From Limnohabitans sp. Rim8 (lineage in GTDB: Bacteria > Pseudomonadota > Gammaproteobacteria > Burkholderiales > Burkholderiaceae_C), in contig NZ_CAMDLM010000019.1 of the NCBI RefSeq assembly GCF_945901735.1, positions 8,726 to 72,725 of the forward strand: DNA of 64,000 bases, written 5' to 3'. Of the stretch, positions 1 to 8,601 are shown piece by piece (position 1 is the stretch's first letter; the number at the start of each line of letters is the position of its first letter). The position numbers and the translations under genes were made by a program. The notes beneath the pieces were generated by a model, which searched no databases, had not been told where the DNA came from, and saw nothing but the letters and a program-made list of their open reading frames with translations.

Positions 1-629
1 ACGGCATGAACCTGGAAGAGCCCTTGCGGGGCATCGAAGCCTTGCTGCGCGACGGCAAGATCCGTTATTGGGGCGTCTCCAATTTCCGGGGCTGGCGCAT
101 CGCCGAGATGGTCAACATGGCGCGCCAGATGAACATGCCTGGCCCGGTGGTGTGCCAGCCTTATTACAACCTCCTCAACCGCTTGCCCGAGATGGAAATT
201 CTGGAAGCCTGCGGCCATTACGGCCTGGGCGTGGTGCCCTACAGCCCGATTGCACGCGGGGTGCTCACGGGCAAATATGCGCCCGGCCAGACGCCCGCAG
301 AGGGCAGCCGTGCTGCCCGGGGTGACAAGCGCATTCTGGAAACCGAGTTCCGTGAAGAGTCGCTGCAGATTGCACAAACTTTGCGGCTGCATTGCGAACG
401 CAAGGGCGTGTCGCTGGCGCACTTTGCCACCGCTTGGGTGCTGGCCAACCGAAATGTGAGTGCGGTCATTGCAGGCCCGCGCACGCTGGCGCAGTGGCAA
501 GACTATGCGGGCGCACTGGATGTAGAGATCACCGCCGAAGACGAAGCCTTGGTCAACAGCTTGGTGGTCTCAGGCCATCCATCGTCGCCGGGTTACAACG
601 ACCCTTCTTATCCCGTGAATGGGCGCTGA
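1..629 (+). CDS. aldo/keto reductase, C-terminal part (5' end lies outside the window)
   Basis: The frame is open from the window edge to TGA 627-629. AKR-like motifs GKIRYWGVSNF, VCQPYYNLLNR and GVVPYSPIARGVLTGKY. Confidence 0.85.
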   Translation, partial: GMNLEEPLRGIEALLRDGKIRYWGVSNFRGWRIAEMVNMARQMNMPGPVVCQPYYNLLNRLPEMEILEACGHYGLGVVPYSPIARGVLTGKYAPGQTPAEGSRAARGDKRILETEFREESLQIAQTLRLHCERKGVSLAHFATAWVLANRNVSAVIAGPRTLAQWQDYAGALDVEITAEDEALVNSLVVSGHPSSPGYNDPSYPVNGR

Positions 630-679
630 AACCGACCTGTCTCTTTTCCTTTGACCGTCGCTGTAGGCAGCAGGGCCCA

Positions 680-717
680 TTGACAAGCCCCTTGAAATTC
701 CTGTACAGTCTGTACAT
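680..717 (+). promoter_or_regulatory. putative sigma70 promoter plus operator of the toxin-antitoxin operon
   Basis: TTGACA at 680-685, an 18-nt spacer, then TACAGT at 704-709. Two copies of the palindromic hexamer TGTACA (703-708, 711-716) overlap the -10. AAGGAG RBS at 723-728. Confidence 0.4.
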
Positions 718-734
718 AAATCAAGGAGTTGGCC

Positions 735-998
735 ATGTCAGACGCCCCGCAATATGGACTCGAACAAGCCCGTGCACAGCTGCCGCTCATCGCCTCGGAG
801 GCGGTGGCGGGCTACAGCACTGTGATCACGCGCCACGGCAAGCCGGTGGCGGTGGTGGTGCCGGTGGAACAGTGGCGCGACCAACAGGCTCGCTCGCTGA
901 AGCAAGCGGGTGTCCTGGCCTTGCGTGGTTCGGGCCGTGGCCTTTGGCCGCAGGGTGCGGCTGCGTCTGTTGTCCAGCTGCGCGACGAGTGGGCCTGA
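735..998 (+). CDS. type II antitoxin, Phd/YefM family
   Basis: ATG 735 lies 6 nt after AAGGAG; the track start at 729 is TTG. The protein has ARAQLPLIASEAVAGYSTVITRHGKPVAVVVPVEQW, typical of the Phd/YefM fold. It sits directly upstream of a PIN toxin gene. Confidence 0.75.
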   Translation: MSDAPQYGLEQARAQLPLIASEAVAGYSTVITRHGKPVAVVVPVEQWRDQQARSLKQAGVLALRGSGRGLWPQGAAASVVQLRDEWA

Positions 999-1001
999 GG
1001 G

Positions 1002-1451
1002 GTGGCGACCCGTGCCCGTGCTGCGGCGGCGCTTTGGGGTGGCCTGAGCGAAGGGGCCACGGTGCTGGTGGACACCGCGCCCTGGATTTACCTGCTCGAA
1101 GACCATGCCGAATTCGCGCCCCGTTTCCTGGGTCTGTTTGAAGCCGCAGAGCGTGGCCAGATCCAACTGGCCTTGAGCACCGTGACCTTGGCCGAAGTGC
1201 TGACCGGGCCTTTCAAGGCGGGCCAGACGGCCTTGGCTAAACGCTACGAGACGGCTTTGGGTGCTTACCAGGTGGTGCCTTTGTCGGCGGCGGTGGCCAG
1301 TCTGGCAGCACAGTTGCGGGGGCAATACCGCCTGAAACTTCCCGATGCAGTGCAGCTGGCCTCAGCGCTGCAGATTGGCGCTTCAGCCCTGGTCACGCAT
1401 GACCGGGATTTTTCTTCGGTGCAGGGCTTGCCGGTGTTGATGGGCGCTTGA
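1002..1451 (+). CDS. vapC: type II toxin, PIN-domain VapC family ribonuclease
   Basis: VLVDTAPWIYLLED near the N-terminus and a C-terminal LVTHDRDF motif are PIN acidic-residue signatures. The start is ambiguous: GTG 1002 lies 3 nt after the antitoxin stop, while GTG 1062 is preceded by GAAGGGG. Confidence 0.8.
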   Translation: MATRARAAAALWGGLSEGATVLVDTAPWIYLLEDHAEFAPRFLGLFEAAERGQIQLALSTVTLAEVLTGPFKAGQTALAKRYETALGAYQVVPLSAAVASLAAQLRGQYRLKLPDAVQLASALQIGASALVTHDRDFSSVQGLPVLMGA

Positions 1452-1512
1452 AGCACGCGCCTTCGATCAAGTGCTTGAGATTTGGAACTTGGGCTTGCCG
1501 CACAATGCCAGC

Positions 1513-2703
1513 ATGACAAGCCAAGAGCACAAACAGGTGGTGGTCGCAGGCGGCGGCATTGGCGGCCTGGCCGCTGCAGCGGCGTGCGCCAGGCACGGCT
1601 TGCCGGTGCAGTTGCTCGAGCGTACCGCGCAGCTGAGCGAGGTGGGCGCGGGCATCCAGATCGGTCCGAACGTGACGCGCATTTTGCAGGCCTGGGGCTT
1701 GGGCGAGGCGCTGGCGCAGGTGGCGGCTTTCCCCAAGCAGTTGCAAGCGCGTGATGCCCAAACCGGGCAGGTGCTGGGCAGTTTGCGTTTGGGGGAGCGG
1801 GCGCAGGCCTTGTACGGCGCGCCTTACGCCACCATCCACCGGGCCGATTTGCAAAGTCTGTTGCACGGTGCCGCATTGGCCGAAGGCGTGCAAGTGCGTT
1901 TGGGCCACGCGGTGCATGGCTGGCGCGAGACCGCTGACGGTTTGGAGGTGAACACCGCTGATGGCGCCAACGTACAAGCCAATGCCCTGATCGGCGCCGA
2001 TGGCGTGTGGAGCGCCGTGCGTCAGCAACTGCTGGGCGATGCCCCGGCGCGCTTTACCGGACATTTGGCGTATCGGGCGCTGGTGGCGCAGGCCGATTTG
2101 CCCGCACATTTGCGCTCAGATGAAGTCACCGTTTGGATGGGGCCGCGACTGCATGTGGTTCATTACCCGGTGCGCGGCGGGCAGTGGCTCAACCTGGTGG
2201 CCATCGTGCATGGCGACAAACCCGCGCAGGGCGAGGCTTGGGACAACGCTGGGCACACCCAGGCGCTCATGCAGGCCATGGGCGCGGTGGGCCGTGATTT
2301 GCACGAGCGCTTGGCATCGGTGCCGGCCTGGCGGCAGTGGGGGCTGCACGACCGTGCGCCTATGTCTGGTGCCCGCGAGATGGCCCAAGGCCGAGTGGCT
2401 TTGCTGGGTGACGCCGCGCACCCCATGCGACCGTATTTGGCGCAGGGCGCGGGCATGGCCATCGAAGATGCGCAGGTGCTGGCGCAGAGTCTGAGTGCAG
2501 GTGGCGCATCGGTGCCCGAACAACTGCGGGCCTATGCCGAGCAGCGCTGGGCGCGCAACGCCCGCGTGCAAGCACGTGCCATCCGCAACGGGCGCATTTT
2601 TCATGCCCAGGGCGCTGTGGCGCTGGGGCGTAATCTGTCCATGCGCTTCATGGGCGAGCGTGTGATGGATGTGCCTTGGTTGTATGCGGAGGCAACCAAG
2701 TGA
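1513..2703 (+). CDS. FAD-dependent monooxygenase (salicylate / 3-hydroxybenzoate hydroxylase-like)
   Basis: ATG 1513 gives MTSQEHKQVVVAGGGIGGLAAA (GxGxxG). GDAAHPMRPYLAQGAGMAIEDA is the flavoprotein aromatic hydroxylase fingerprint. Confidence 0.85.
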   Translation: MTSQEHKQVVVAGGGIGGLAAAAACARHGLPVQLLERTAQLSEVGAGIQIGPNVTRILQAWGLGEALAQVAAFPKQLQARDAQTGQVLGSLRLGERAQALYGAPYATIHRADLQSLLHGAALAEGVQVRLGHAVHGWRETADGLEVNTADGANVQANALIGADGVWSAVRQQLLGDAPARFTGHLAYRALVAQADLPAHLRSDEVTVWMGPRLHVVHYPVRGGQWLNLVAIVHGDKPAQGEAWDNAGHTQALMQAMGAVGRDLHERLASVPAWRQWGLHDRAPMSGAREMAQGRVALLGDAAHPMRPYLAQGAGMAIEDAQVLAQSLSAGGASVPEQLRAYAEQRWARNARVQARAIRNGRIFHAQGAVALGRNLSMRFMGERVMDVPWLYAEATK

Positions 2704-2769
2704 ATGGCGAGGCGCAAAAAAGGCCGGAGCATCGATCACTCCTGCCATGAACCAGCGGATTGAAAGGCT

Positions 2770-2808
2770 AATGTTGGTCTAACATTCAGCAGGCAGTGTC
2801 TGCTGAAT
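2770..2808. promoter_or_regulatory. two adjacent palindromes upstream of the AlbA_2 gene (operator or terminator-like, function unknown)
   Basis: AATGTT ggtct AACATT spans 2770-2786. ATTCAGCAG gcagtgt CTGCTGAAT spans 2784-2808. No T-run follows. Confidence 0.3.
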
Positions 2809-2842
2809 CTCCCCGGCTTGCGTCAATTCCCAGAGGCATCAC

Positions 2843-4489
2843 TTGATTCCAAATTCAGAATCCCTCACCGTCGAATTCAAAAGCGACCGCAAGCGCCTGT
2901 CGGATGCCGAGCTGGTCGAGGCCTTGGTGTGCCTGGCCAACACCGAGGGCGGCGAGCTGTGGCTGGGGGTGGAGGACGATGGGCAAGCCACGGGGCTGCA
3001 TGTCGACCACATGGCGCTGACGGGTTTGGCGGGTATGGTCGCAGCGCGTACGTCGCCCGCCTTGCAAGTGGCGGTAGAGGCGCTGCAAGTGAACGGTGTG
3101 CCTGTTGCAAAAATCACCGTTTCCAAAGGGCAGGGCGAGGTGGCCACGCAGGCGGGTGTGTATGTGCGCCGCCGTATCAAGCACGACGGCACGCCCGAGT
3201 GTGTACCCATGCTGCCGCACGAGCGCATCAGCCGCGCCAGCAGTTTTGGCTTGGTGGATGTGTCGTCTCAACCGGTGGCGGGTTGCACCCTGGCCGACTT
3301 TGACCCATTGGAGCGCGAGCGCCTGCGCCAAGCGGTGCAGCAATACGGCGGTGACCGTGTGTTGCTGGAGCTGGACGACGAGGCCATGGATGGTGCACTG
3401 GGCTTCACACTTCGCCTGAGTGATGGCACACGGGTGCCTACATTGACGGGTTTGTTGTTGATTGGCCGCGAGTCGGTGCTGCAGCAGCGCGTGGCCACAC
3501 ACGAACTGGCTTTTCAGGTTTTGGCGCAGCAGGCGGTACGTTTCAATGAGTTTCGGCGCTTTCCTTTGCTCAAGGCGCTGGATTGGCTGGAGACCAACTT
3601 CCGCCCCTACAACCCCGAGCAAGAGTTGCAGGTGGGTTTGTTCCGCGTGCCGGTGCCGCTGGTCGACATGGCCGCTTTTCGCGAGGCCCTGGCCAATGCA
3701 TTGATTCACCGCGACTACCACCGCATGGGCGCGGTGCATGTGCGGCTGGAGGATGAGGCCTTGGTGATCAGCAACCCCGGCGGCCTGGTGGATGGCGTGA
3801 CGCTGGCCAACCTATTGGTGACAGAGCCGCGCCCGCGCAATCGCGCACTGGCCGATGCGATGAAGCGCATTGGCATTGTGGAGCGTTCTGGGCGCGGCGT
3901 GGACACCATTTACCGGGGCATGCTGAAGTTTGGTCGCCCAGCGCCAAATTACGGCCGAACCGATTCGCACAACGTGGTGCTGAGTTTGCCCACGGTGCCC
4001 GCCGATGTGGCCTTTCGCCGCATGGTGGTGGACGCCGAACGGAACCGCAATGCCGAGCTGCCCATTGATTCATTGATCGCTTTGGCCGCTTTGCGTGAGT
4101 TCAAGCGCCTGCCGGCCGATGCGCTGGCCAAACACATTCAGCGTGACGCGGCCAGCGCCAAGCGCACGCTGGAGGCGCTGACCGAAGCCGGTTTGGTTGA
4201 GGCGCACGGTAACACCCGTGGCCGCAGTTACACCTTGTCGGCAGCGGTCTACACCGTGGTGAGCGATAAGGCGGCTTACACCCGCCAGGTGGGCTTTGGA
4301 CCCATTCAGCATGAGCAGATGCTGTTGAGCTATGTCCGACAGCATGGGCAGATCAAGCGGGCTGAAGTGATGGAGTTGTGTCGGCTGACGGAAGGGCAGG
4401 TTAAGCGGCTGTTACAAAGAATGCTGGCTGCTGGGAAAATTGTCATGCGAGGACAAGGAAAAACGACTGCCTATGTTGAGCCGGAGTGA
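2843..4489 (+). CDS. AlbA_2 (Schlafen-like) plus HATPase_c_4 plus C-terminal wHTH protein; such proteins are often annotated as ATP-binding protein or RecG-like putative transcriptional regulator
   Basis: TTG start. ESLTVEFKSD...LANTEGGELWLGVEDDG is AlbA_2-like. ALIHRDYHR...VISNPGGL and RNRALADAMKRIGIVERSGRGVD are HATPase_c_4-like. The C-terminal MELCRLTEGQVKRLLQRMLAAGKIV looks like a wHTH. Confidence 0.75.
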   Translation: MIPNSESLTVEFKSDRKRLSDAELVEALVCLANTEGGELWLGVEDDGQATGLHVDHMALTGLAGMVAARTSPALQVAVEALQVNGVPVAKITVSKGQGEVATQAGVYVRRRIKHDGTPECVPMLPHERISRASSFGLVDVSSQPVAGCTLADFDPLERERLRQAVQQYGGDRVLLELDDEAMDGALGFTLRLSDGTRVPTLTGLLLIGRESVLQQRVATHELAFQVLAQQAVRFNEFRRFPLLKALDWLETNFRPYNPEQELQVGLFRVPVPLVDMAAFREALANALIHRDYHRMGAVHVRLEDEALVISNPGGLVDGVTLANLLVTEPRPRNRALADAMKRIGIVERSGRGVDTIYRGMLKFGRPAPNYGRTDSHNVVLSLPTVPADVAFRRMVVDAERNRNAELPIDSLIALAALREFKRLPADALAKHIQRDAASAKRTLEALTEAGLVEAHGNTRGRSYTLSAAVYTVVSDKAAYTRQVGFGPIQHEQMLLSYVRQHGQIKRAEVMELCRLTEGQVKRLLQRMLAAGKIVMRGQGKTTAYVEPE

Positions 4490-4507
4490 CTTGCATGCCA
4501 CCCGATT

Positions 4508-4551
4508 CGGATCATTTACGGATCATTTACGGATCATTTGCGGATCATTCT
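4508..4551. repeat. tandem repeat, 4 x 11 bp (CGGATCATTTA consensus)
   Basis: cggatcattta cggatcattta cggatcatttg cggatcattct, read directly. A related gcggatca recurs at 4611-4618. Confidence 0.95.
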
Positions 4552-4590
4552 AATTTCCTAAGTTGTTGATTTAATTTGGAATTTTTTAAA

Positions 4591-4990
4591 ATGAAGGTGG
4601 ATATGGGCCTTGCGGATCAAAATGCACGGAGGTTTTTTCCGGAAACATGACACCTCTTAAACGCGCCCTCATCGAAAACGGGTCTTGCGCTGGTGCCAGC
4701 ATTGCGTGTCAGCCATGCTAAGCCATGGGCTGACTGCGCTACTGACGCCGAGCGCTTGGATGTGTTCAACGGTTTCTTGCTCAGCGCCAATTTGGATGCG
4801 TTGTTCGATAAGTTCTTGATTTCATTCAGTTATGCGGGCGAGATTTTGATCGGCAGTTCAGTTTCCTTGGCCAATAGACATTTGCCGGGTGTGCCAAACG
4901 GACTCAAGTTGCGTTGGGTCGCGGCGGGGCATGCCAATTATTTGCCCTATCACCGCGAGCAGTTTCAGGCGGAAAATGCTTTGTCGGCCC
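4591..4990 (+). pseudogene. decayed HNH_2-type endonuclease gene (fragments in three frames)
   Basis: Three fragments: a 19-codon ORF at 4591-4650, MTPLKRALIENGSCAGASIACQPC* at 4647-4721, then the 4693 frame. The 4693 frame reads VPALRVSHAKPWADC..ERLDVFNGFLLSANLDALFDKFLISF...LPYHRE, which is HNH_2-like. The usual N-terminal domain is missing, and the 3' end is approximate. Confidence 0.5.
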
Positions 4991-5101
4991 GAAACCCACA
5001 CTCTTGTAGCGTAAAGGTCTGGCTTTTGGCCGAATGCTTGTTTGACGCTGTACATTCGCTGGCGCGCATTCAGACGCCTCAAACTTTCAGGGACTTTTTT
5101 C

Positions 5102-6331
5102 ATGACACCACGTCCATCCAACCCCTGCACCATGGCCCTGGTGCGGGCTGCCGCCGTGAGTGCGGTGCTGGCCAGCGCATGGCTCGCCCCCACAGCCTGG
5201 GCGCAGAGCACCGATTTGTCGGCCTGCATGGCCGAGCTGCGCCCGGCAGCGCGCACCGGCCGCGTCAGCGATGACACCTGGGCACGCCACACTGCGGGCT
5301 TGCAAGCCGATTTCAGCGTGATCGAGAAGCTGAACTTTCAGCCCGAATTTCGCACCGCCATTTGGGACTACATGTCGGCGCTGGTGGACGAAGAACGCGT
5401 GGCCGATGGCGCGGCGCGTTTGGCCCAGCACCGTCCGGCGCTTGAAAGAGCCGAAGACCGCTTTGGCGTGGACCCAGCCACGGTGGTGGCGGTGTGGGGT
5501 GTGGAGAGCAATTTTGGCCAGACCTTTGGCAAATACCCGCTGGTGCAGGCGCTGGGCACGCTGTCGTGCCACGGGCGTCGGCAAAGCTATTTCAGGGGCG
5601 AATTTTTTGCGGCGCTGCGCATTTTGCAGGCTGGGCACATCGCCCCCGAACGTTTCGTGGGTTCGTGGGCGGGGGCCTTTGGCCATACCCAGTTCATGCC
5701 CAGCACCTTTGAACGCTTGGCGGTGGACTTTGATGGCGACGGCCGCGCCGACCTGATGGACAGCAGCGTGGATGCGCTGGGGTCAACGGCCAACTTTTTG
5801 GCCCGAGCAGGCTGGCAGCGCGGCTTGCCCTGGGGCATCGAGGTCAAGTTGCCTGCGGGCCTGTCTTTGGCCGGAGAAGGCCGCCGCAGCAAACGCCCGG
5901 TGGCTGAGTGGGCTGCCCGTGGCGTGCGCCGCATCGATGGCGCTGCCTTGCCAGAAAGTTTGGGCAACGTGGGCTTGTTGACCTTGGCCGGTGCCAACGG
6001 TCCGGCGTTTTTGGTGACGCGCAATTTTGACGCGCTGTACAGCTACAACGCCGCCGAAAGCTATGGCTTGGCGATTGCCCACCTGAGCGACCGGCTGCGC
6101 GGCGGTGGCCCATTCGCCACACCTTGGCCGACCGATGACGCCGGCTTGTCACGCGCCGAGCGGCGCGAGTTGCAGGGCCTGCTGACGCTGCGCGGCCACG
6201 ACATGGGCCCCATCGACGGCATGCTGGGCGACAAATCGCGCGAGGCGATCCGCGCCGAACAAAAGCGCTTGGGCATGGAGGTCAATGGCCGTGGTGGCCA
6301 AAAAATCCTCAAGACTTTGCGCGGGGGCTGA
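5102..6331 (+). CDS. lytic murein transglycosylase (MltB-like) with C-terminal peptidoglycan-binding domain
   Basis: ATG 5102 gives a signal peptide ending in AWA-Q. The protein has the VWGVESNFG catalytic region and FGHTQFMPSTF. The C-terminal LQGLLTLRGHDMGPIDGMLGDKSREAIRAEQ is PG_binding_1-like. Confidence 0.85.
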   Translation: MTPRPSNPCTMALVRAAAVSAVLASAWLAPTAWAQSTDLSACMAELRPAARTGRVSDDTWARHTAGLQADFSVIEKLNFQPEFRTAIWDYMSALVDEERVADGAARLAQHRPALERAEDRFGVDPATVVAVWGVESNFGQTFGKYPLVQALGTLSCHGRRQSYFRGEFFAALRILQAGHIAPERFVGSWAGAFGHTQFMPSTFERLAVDFDGDGRADLMDSSVDALGSTANFLARAGWQRGLPWGIEVKLPAGLSLAGEGRRSKRPVAEWAARGVRRIDGAALPESLGNVGLLTLAGANGPAFLVTRNFDALYSYNAAESYGLAIAHLSDRLRGGGPFATPWPTDDAGLSRAERRELQGLLTLRGHDMGPIDGMLGDKSREAIRAEQKRLGMEVNGRGGQKILKTLRGG

Positions 6332-6333
6332 GC

Positions 6334-8601
6334 TCAGGCGGTTATCGGCAAAGCCCTTCGCCGTTTGCCCGTGAGGGCAAACAACGCATTGCCCACGGCC
6401 GGGGCCAATGGCGGCACAGCCGGTTCGCCCACACCAGCCGGGTGGCGGGTGCTGGGCACGATGTGGGTTTCCACCACCGGGGTCTGGCCAAGCGTGAGCA
6501 TGGGGGCGTCAGCAAAGTTGCTTTGTTGCACCACGCCGCCCACGATGTCGATCTTGCCGAACAGCGCGGCGCTCAGGGCATAGACCACGCTGCTTTCCAT
6601 TTGCTGGGCCACGGTGCCGGGGTTGACCACGGTGCCGCAGTCGATCGCACACACCACGCGGTGCACGCGGATCTGGCCGTTGGCCAGGGACACTTCGGCC
6701 ACTTGGGCCACGATGGAGCCAAAGGATTTGTGCAGCGCGATGCCCCGCGCATGGCCTGCGGGCAAAGGCGTGCCCCAAGCCGCTTTGTCAGCCGCCAGCT
6801 GCAGCACGGCGGCATAGCGCGGCGCATCTTTCAACAGTTTCAGGCGGAAGGCCAGTGGGTCTTGCTTCGTGGCCACAGCCAGTTCGTCGATGAAGCTTTC
6901 CGAGAAGAAGGCGTTGTGCGAATGGCCAACCGAGCGCCAAAAGCCCACCGGCACACCGGACTTCGTGGCCACATGGCTCATGTGCTGGCTGGCAAAACCG
7001 TAGGGCAAATCGAACAAACCTTCGGACGCGGTTTTGTCGGGCATGTCAATGGGGCCGGACAGGTGGGGCGCTGCACGCGCCATCCAGCGCGGGGTGATGG
7101 CGTCACCGGCCGACTTGATGCGCAAGCTGGTGACTTCGCCTTTCTCGTCCAGTGAAGCCTGGAACTTGGCCAGGTGCATGGGCCGGTAAAAGTCGTGCTT
7201 CATGTCTTCTTCGCGCGACCAGCTCAGCTGCACCGGTTGGCCTTCGCAGGCCATGGCCACTTGCACGGCTTGGCCGACAAAGTCGACGTCTAATCGTCGT
7301 CCGAAACCACCGCCCAGTTGGGTGACGTGGACAGTGACGTTGTCTTTATCGACCTTGGCCACTTTGGCCGCCATGTCGCGGGCCATTTGCGGCACTTGCG
7401 TGGGCACCCAAATCTCCACTTTGCCGTCTTTGAATTGCGCCGTGCAGTTCATCGGCTCCATGGTGGCGTGGGCCAGATAGGGCGCTTGGTACAGCGCATC
7501 GATGCGGCTGGTGGCGGCTTTTTCGGCCTGGGTGGGCACGCCTTGTTCGTGGAAGGTGAAGCCGCTCTCTTCGTTCAAAGCCTTGAGCAAGTCGGCCTGG
7601 ATGCGCTGGGTGTCCACCGCGCCTGTGGCAGGGGCCTGCCACTGCACTTTGACGGCCTGCACGCCTTGGCGGGCGTGCCAGGTGGTTTGTCCCACCACCG
7701 CCAAGCCCGCTGTACCGCCGCCCCAAGCATTGAGGGGCACAACTTTGGACACGCCCTTCAGGGCCAAGGCGTCTTTCGTGTCCATGGACGCAGCGCTACC
7801 GCCCAGCATGGGGCACATCTGAACAGCGGCAAACAGCATGCCGGGCAGCCGCACGTCCAAGCCGAAGGTGGCTTGGCCTGTGACTTTGGAGGGGATGTCG
7901 GTGCGGGGGGCGGCTTGACCGATGAGCTGCCAGTTTTCTCGCGATTTGACTTGAATGCCCGAGGGCGTGCTGCCCGAAGCAGCGGCCACCATCTGGCCGT
8001 AGTGCGCTGACTGGCCCGAGGCGTGCTTCATCACGCCAGCGGTCACGGTGATTTCGCTGACAGGCACTTTCCAAGCCGCAGCAGCAGCCTGCAGCAAGCT
8101 AGCGCGTGCGGTGGCAGCGGCCATGCGCAATGGGTCCCAGAGGTCGGCGATCGACGACGAGCCGCCGGTGGCGTTCAGGCCCAGCTCGCGGGCGACTTTG
8201 CCCACCAGCCATTCGCCCATTTTGATTTGGGTGGGCTTGTTTTCTCCCTCGCTGTCCAGCGGGTGAAAGGGCAGGCTGGCCACCAGCATGGCCACGTTGC
8301 CGTAAATGCTGTCGCCGCCCGCTTGCTCCAGCCGCACACGGCCCAGCGGCACGTCCAGCTCTTCGGCCACCAGCATGGCGAGCGCCGTGTGCACGCCTTG
8401 GCCCATTTCGCTGCGGGGCATGGCCAAGACCACCGCACCGTCGGCGGCGATCTTGATCCAGCCGTTCAGGGCCACATCGCCTGGGGTTTGGAGCATGAGT
8501 TCGGGTGCGCCCAAACGCGAGCGGGCGGGCATCACGCCCCAGCCGACGACCAAGGCGCCGGTCGCGCCCAGGGCGCTGAGTAACCAGGTGCGGCGTTTCA
8601 T
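6334..8601 (-). CDS. molybdopterin-binding large subunit of an aldehyde oxidase / isoquinoline 1-oxidoreductase-type dehydrogenase (IorB-like)
   Basis: ATG 8601 overlaps the upstream stop (ATGA). Tat-like [20 protein letters not shown]. The length and sequence are typical of the xanthine dehydrogenase family Moco subunit. Confidence 0.85.
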   Translation of the reverse strand: MKRRTWLLSALGATGALVVGWGVMPARSRLGAPELMLQTPGDVALNGWIKIAADGAVVLAMPRSEMGQGVHTALAMLVAEELDVPLGRVRLEQAGGDSIYGNVAMLVASLPFHPLDSEGENKPTQIKMGEWLVGKVARELGLNATGGSSSIADLWDPLRMAAATARASLLQAAAAAWKVPVSEITVTAGVMKHASGQSAHYGQMVAAASGSTPSGIQVKSRENWQLIGQAAPRTDIPSKVTGQATFGLDVRLPGMLFAAVQMCPMLGGSAASMDTKDALALKGVSKVVPLNAWGGGTAGLAVVGQTTWHARQGVQAVKVQWQAPATGAVDTQRIQADLLKALNEESGFTFHEQGVPTQAEKAATSRIDALYQAPYLAHATMEPMNCTAQFKDGKVEIWVPTQVPQMARDMAAKVAKVDKDNVTVHVTQLGGGFGRRLDVDFVGQAVQVAMACEGQPVQLSWSREEDMKHDFYRPMHLAKFQASLDEKGEVTSLRIKSAGDAITPRWMARAAPHLSGPIDMPDKTASEGLFDLPYGFASQHMSHVATKSGVPVGFWRSVGHSHNAFFSESFIDELAVATKQDPLAFRLKLLKDAPRYAAVLQLAADKAAWGTPLPAGHARGIALHKSFGSIVAQVAEVSLANGQIRVHRVVCAIDCGTVVNPGTVAQQMESSVVYALSAALFGKIDIVGGVVQQSNFADAPMLTLGQTPVVETHIVPSTRHPAGVGEPAVPPLAPAVGNALFALTGKRRRALPITA

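Noticed and set aside
392-1141. 249-aa ORF spanning the reductase end, the spacer and the toxin-antitoxin genes
   Set aside because: It is out of frame with three better-supported genes and crosses a promoter and RBS region. It is a compositional artefact.
4508-4551. Possibility that the 11-mer array, or the heptamer array at 48617-48658, is a CRISPR array
   Set aside because: The units are far too short, are directly abutting without spacers, and no cas genes are present.
4566-4592. TTGATT-n15-TAAAAT as a promoter for the HNH remnant
   Set aside because: The spacer is short (15 nt) and the tract is so AT-rich that such matches are expected by chance. I mention it only as context.
4991-5274. 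3' continuation of ORF 4693..5274 into the transglycosylase gene
   Set aside because: HNH-like similarity ends near ...LPYHREQF. The remainder is simply stop-free sequence overlapping the signal-peptide region of the next gene in another frame.
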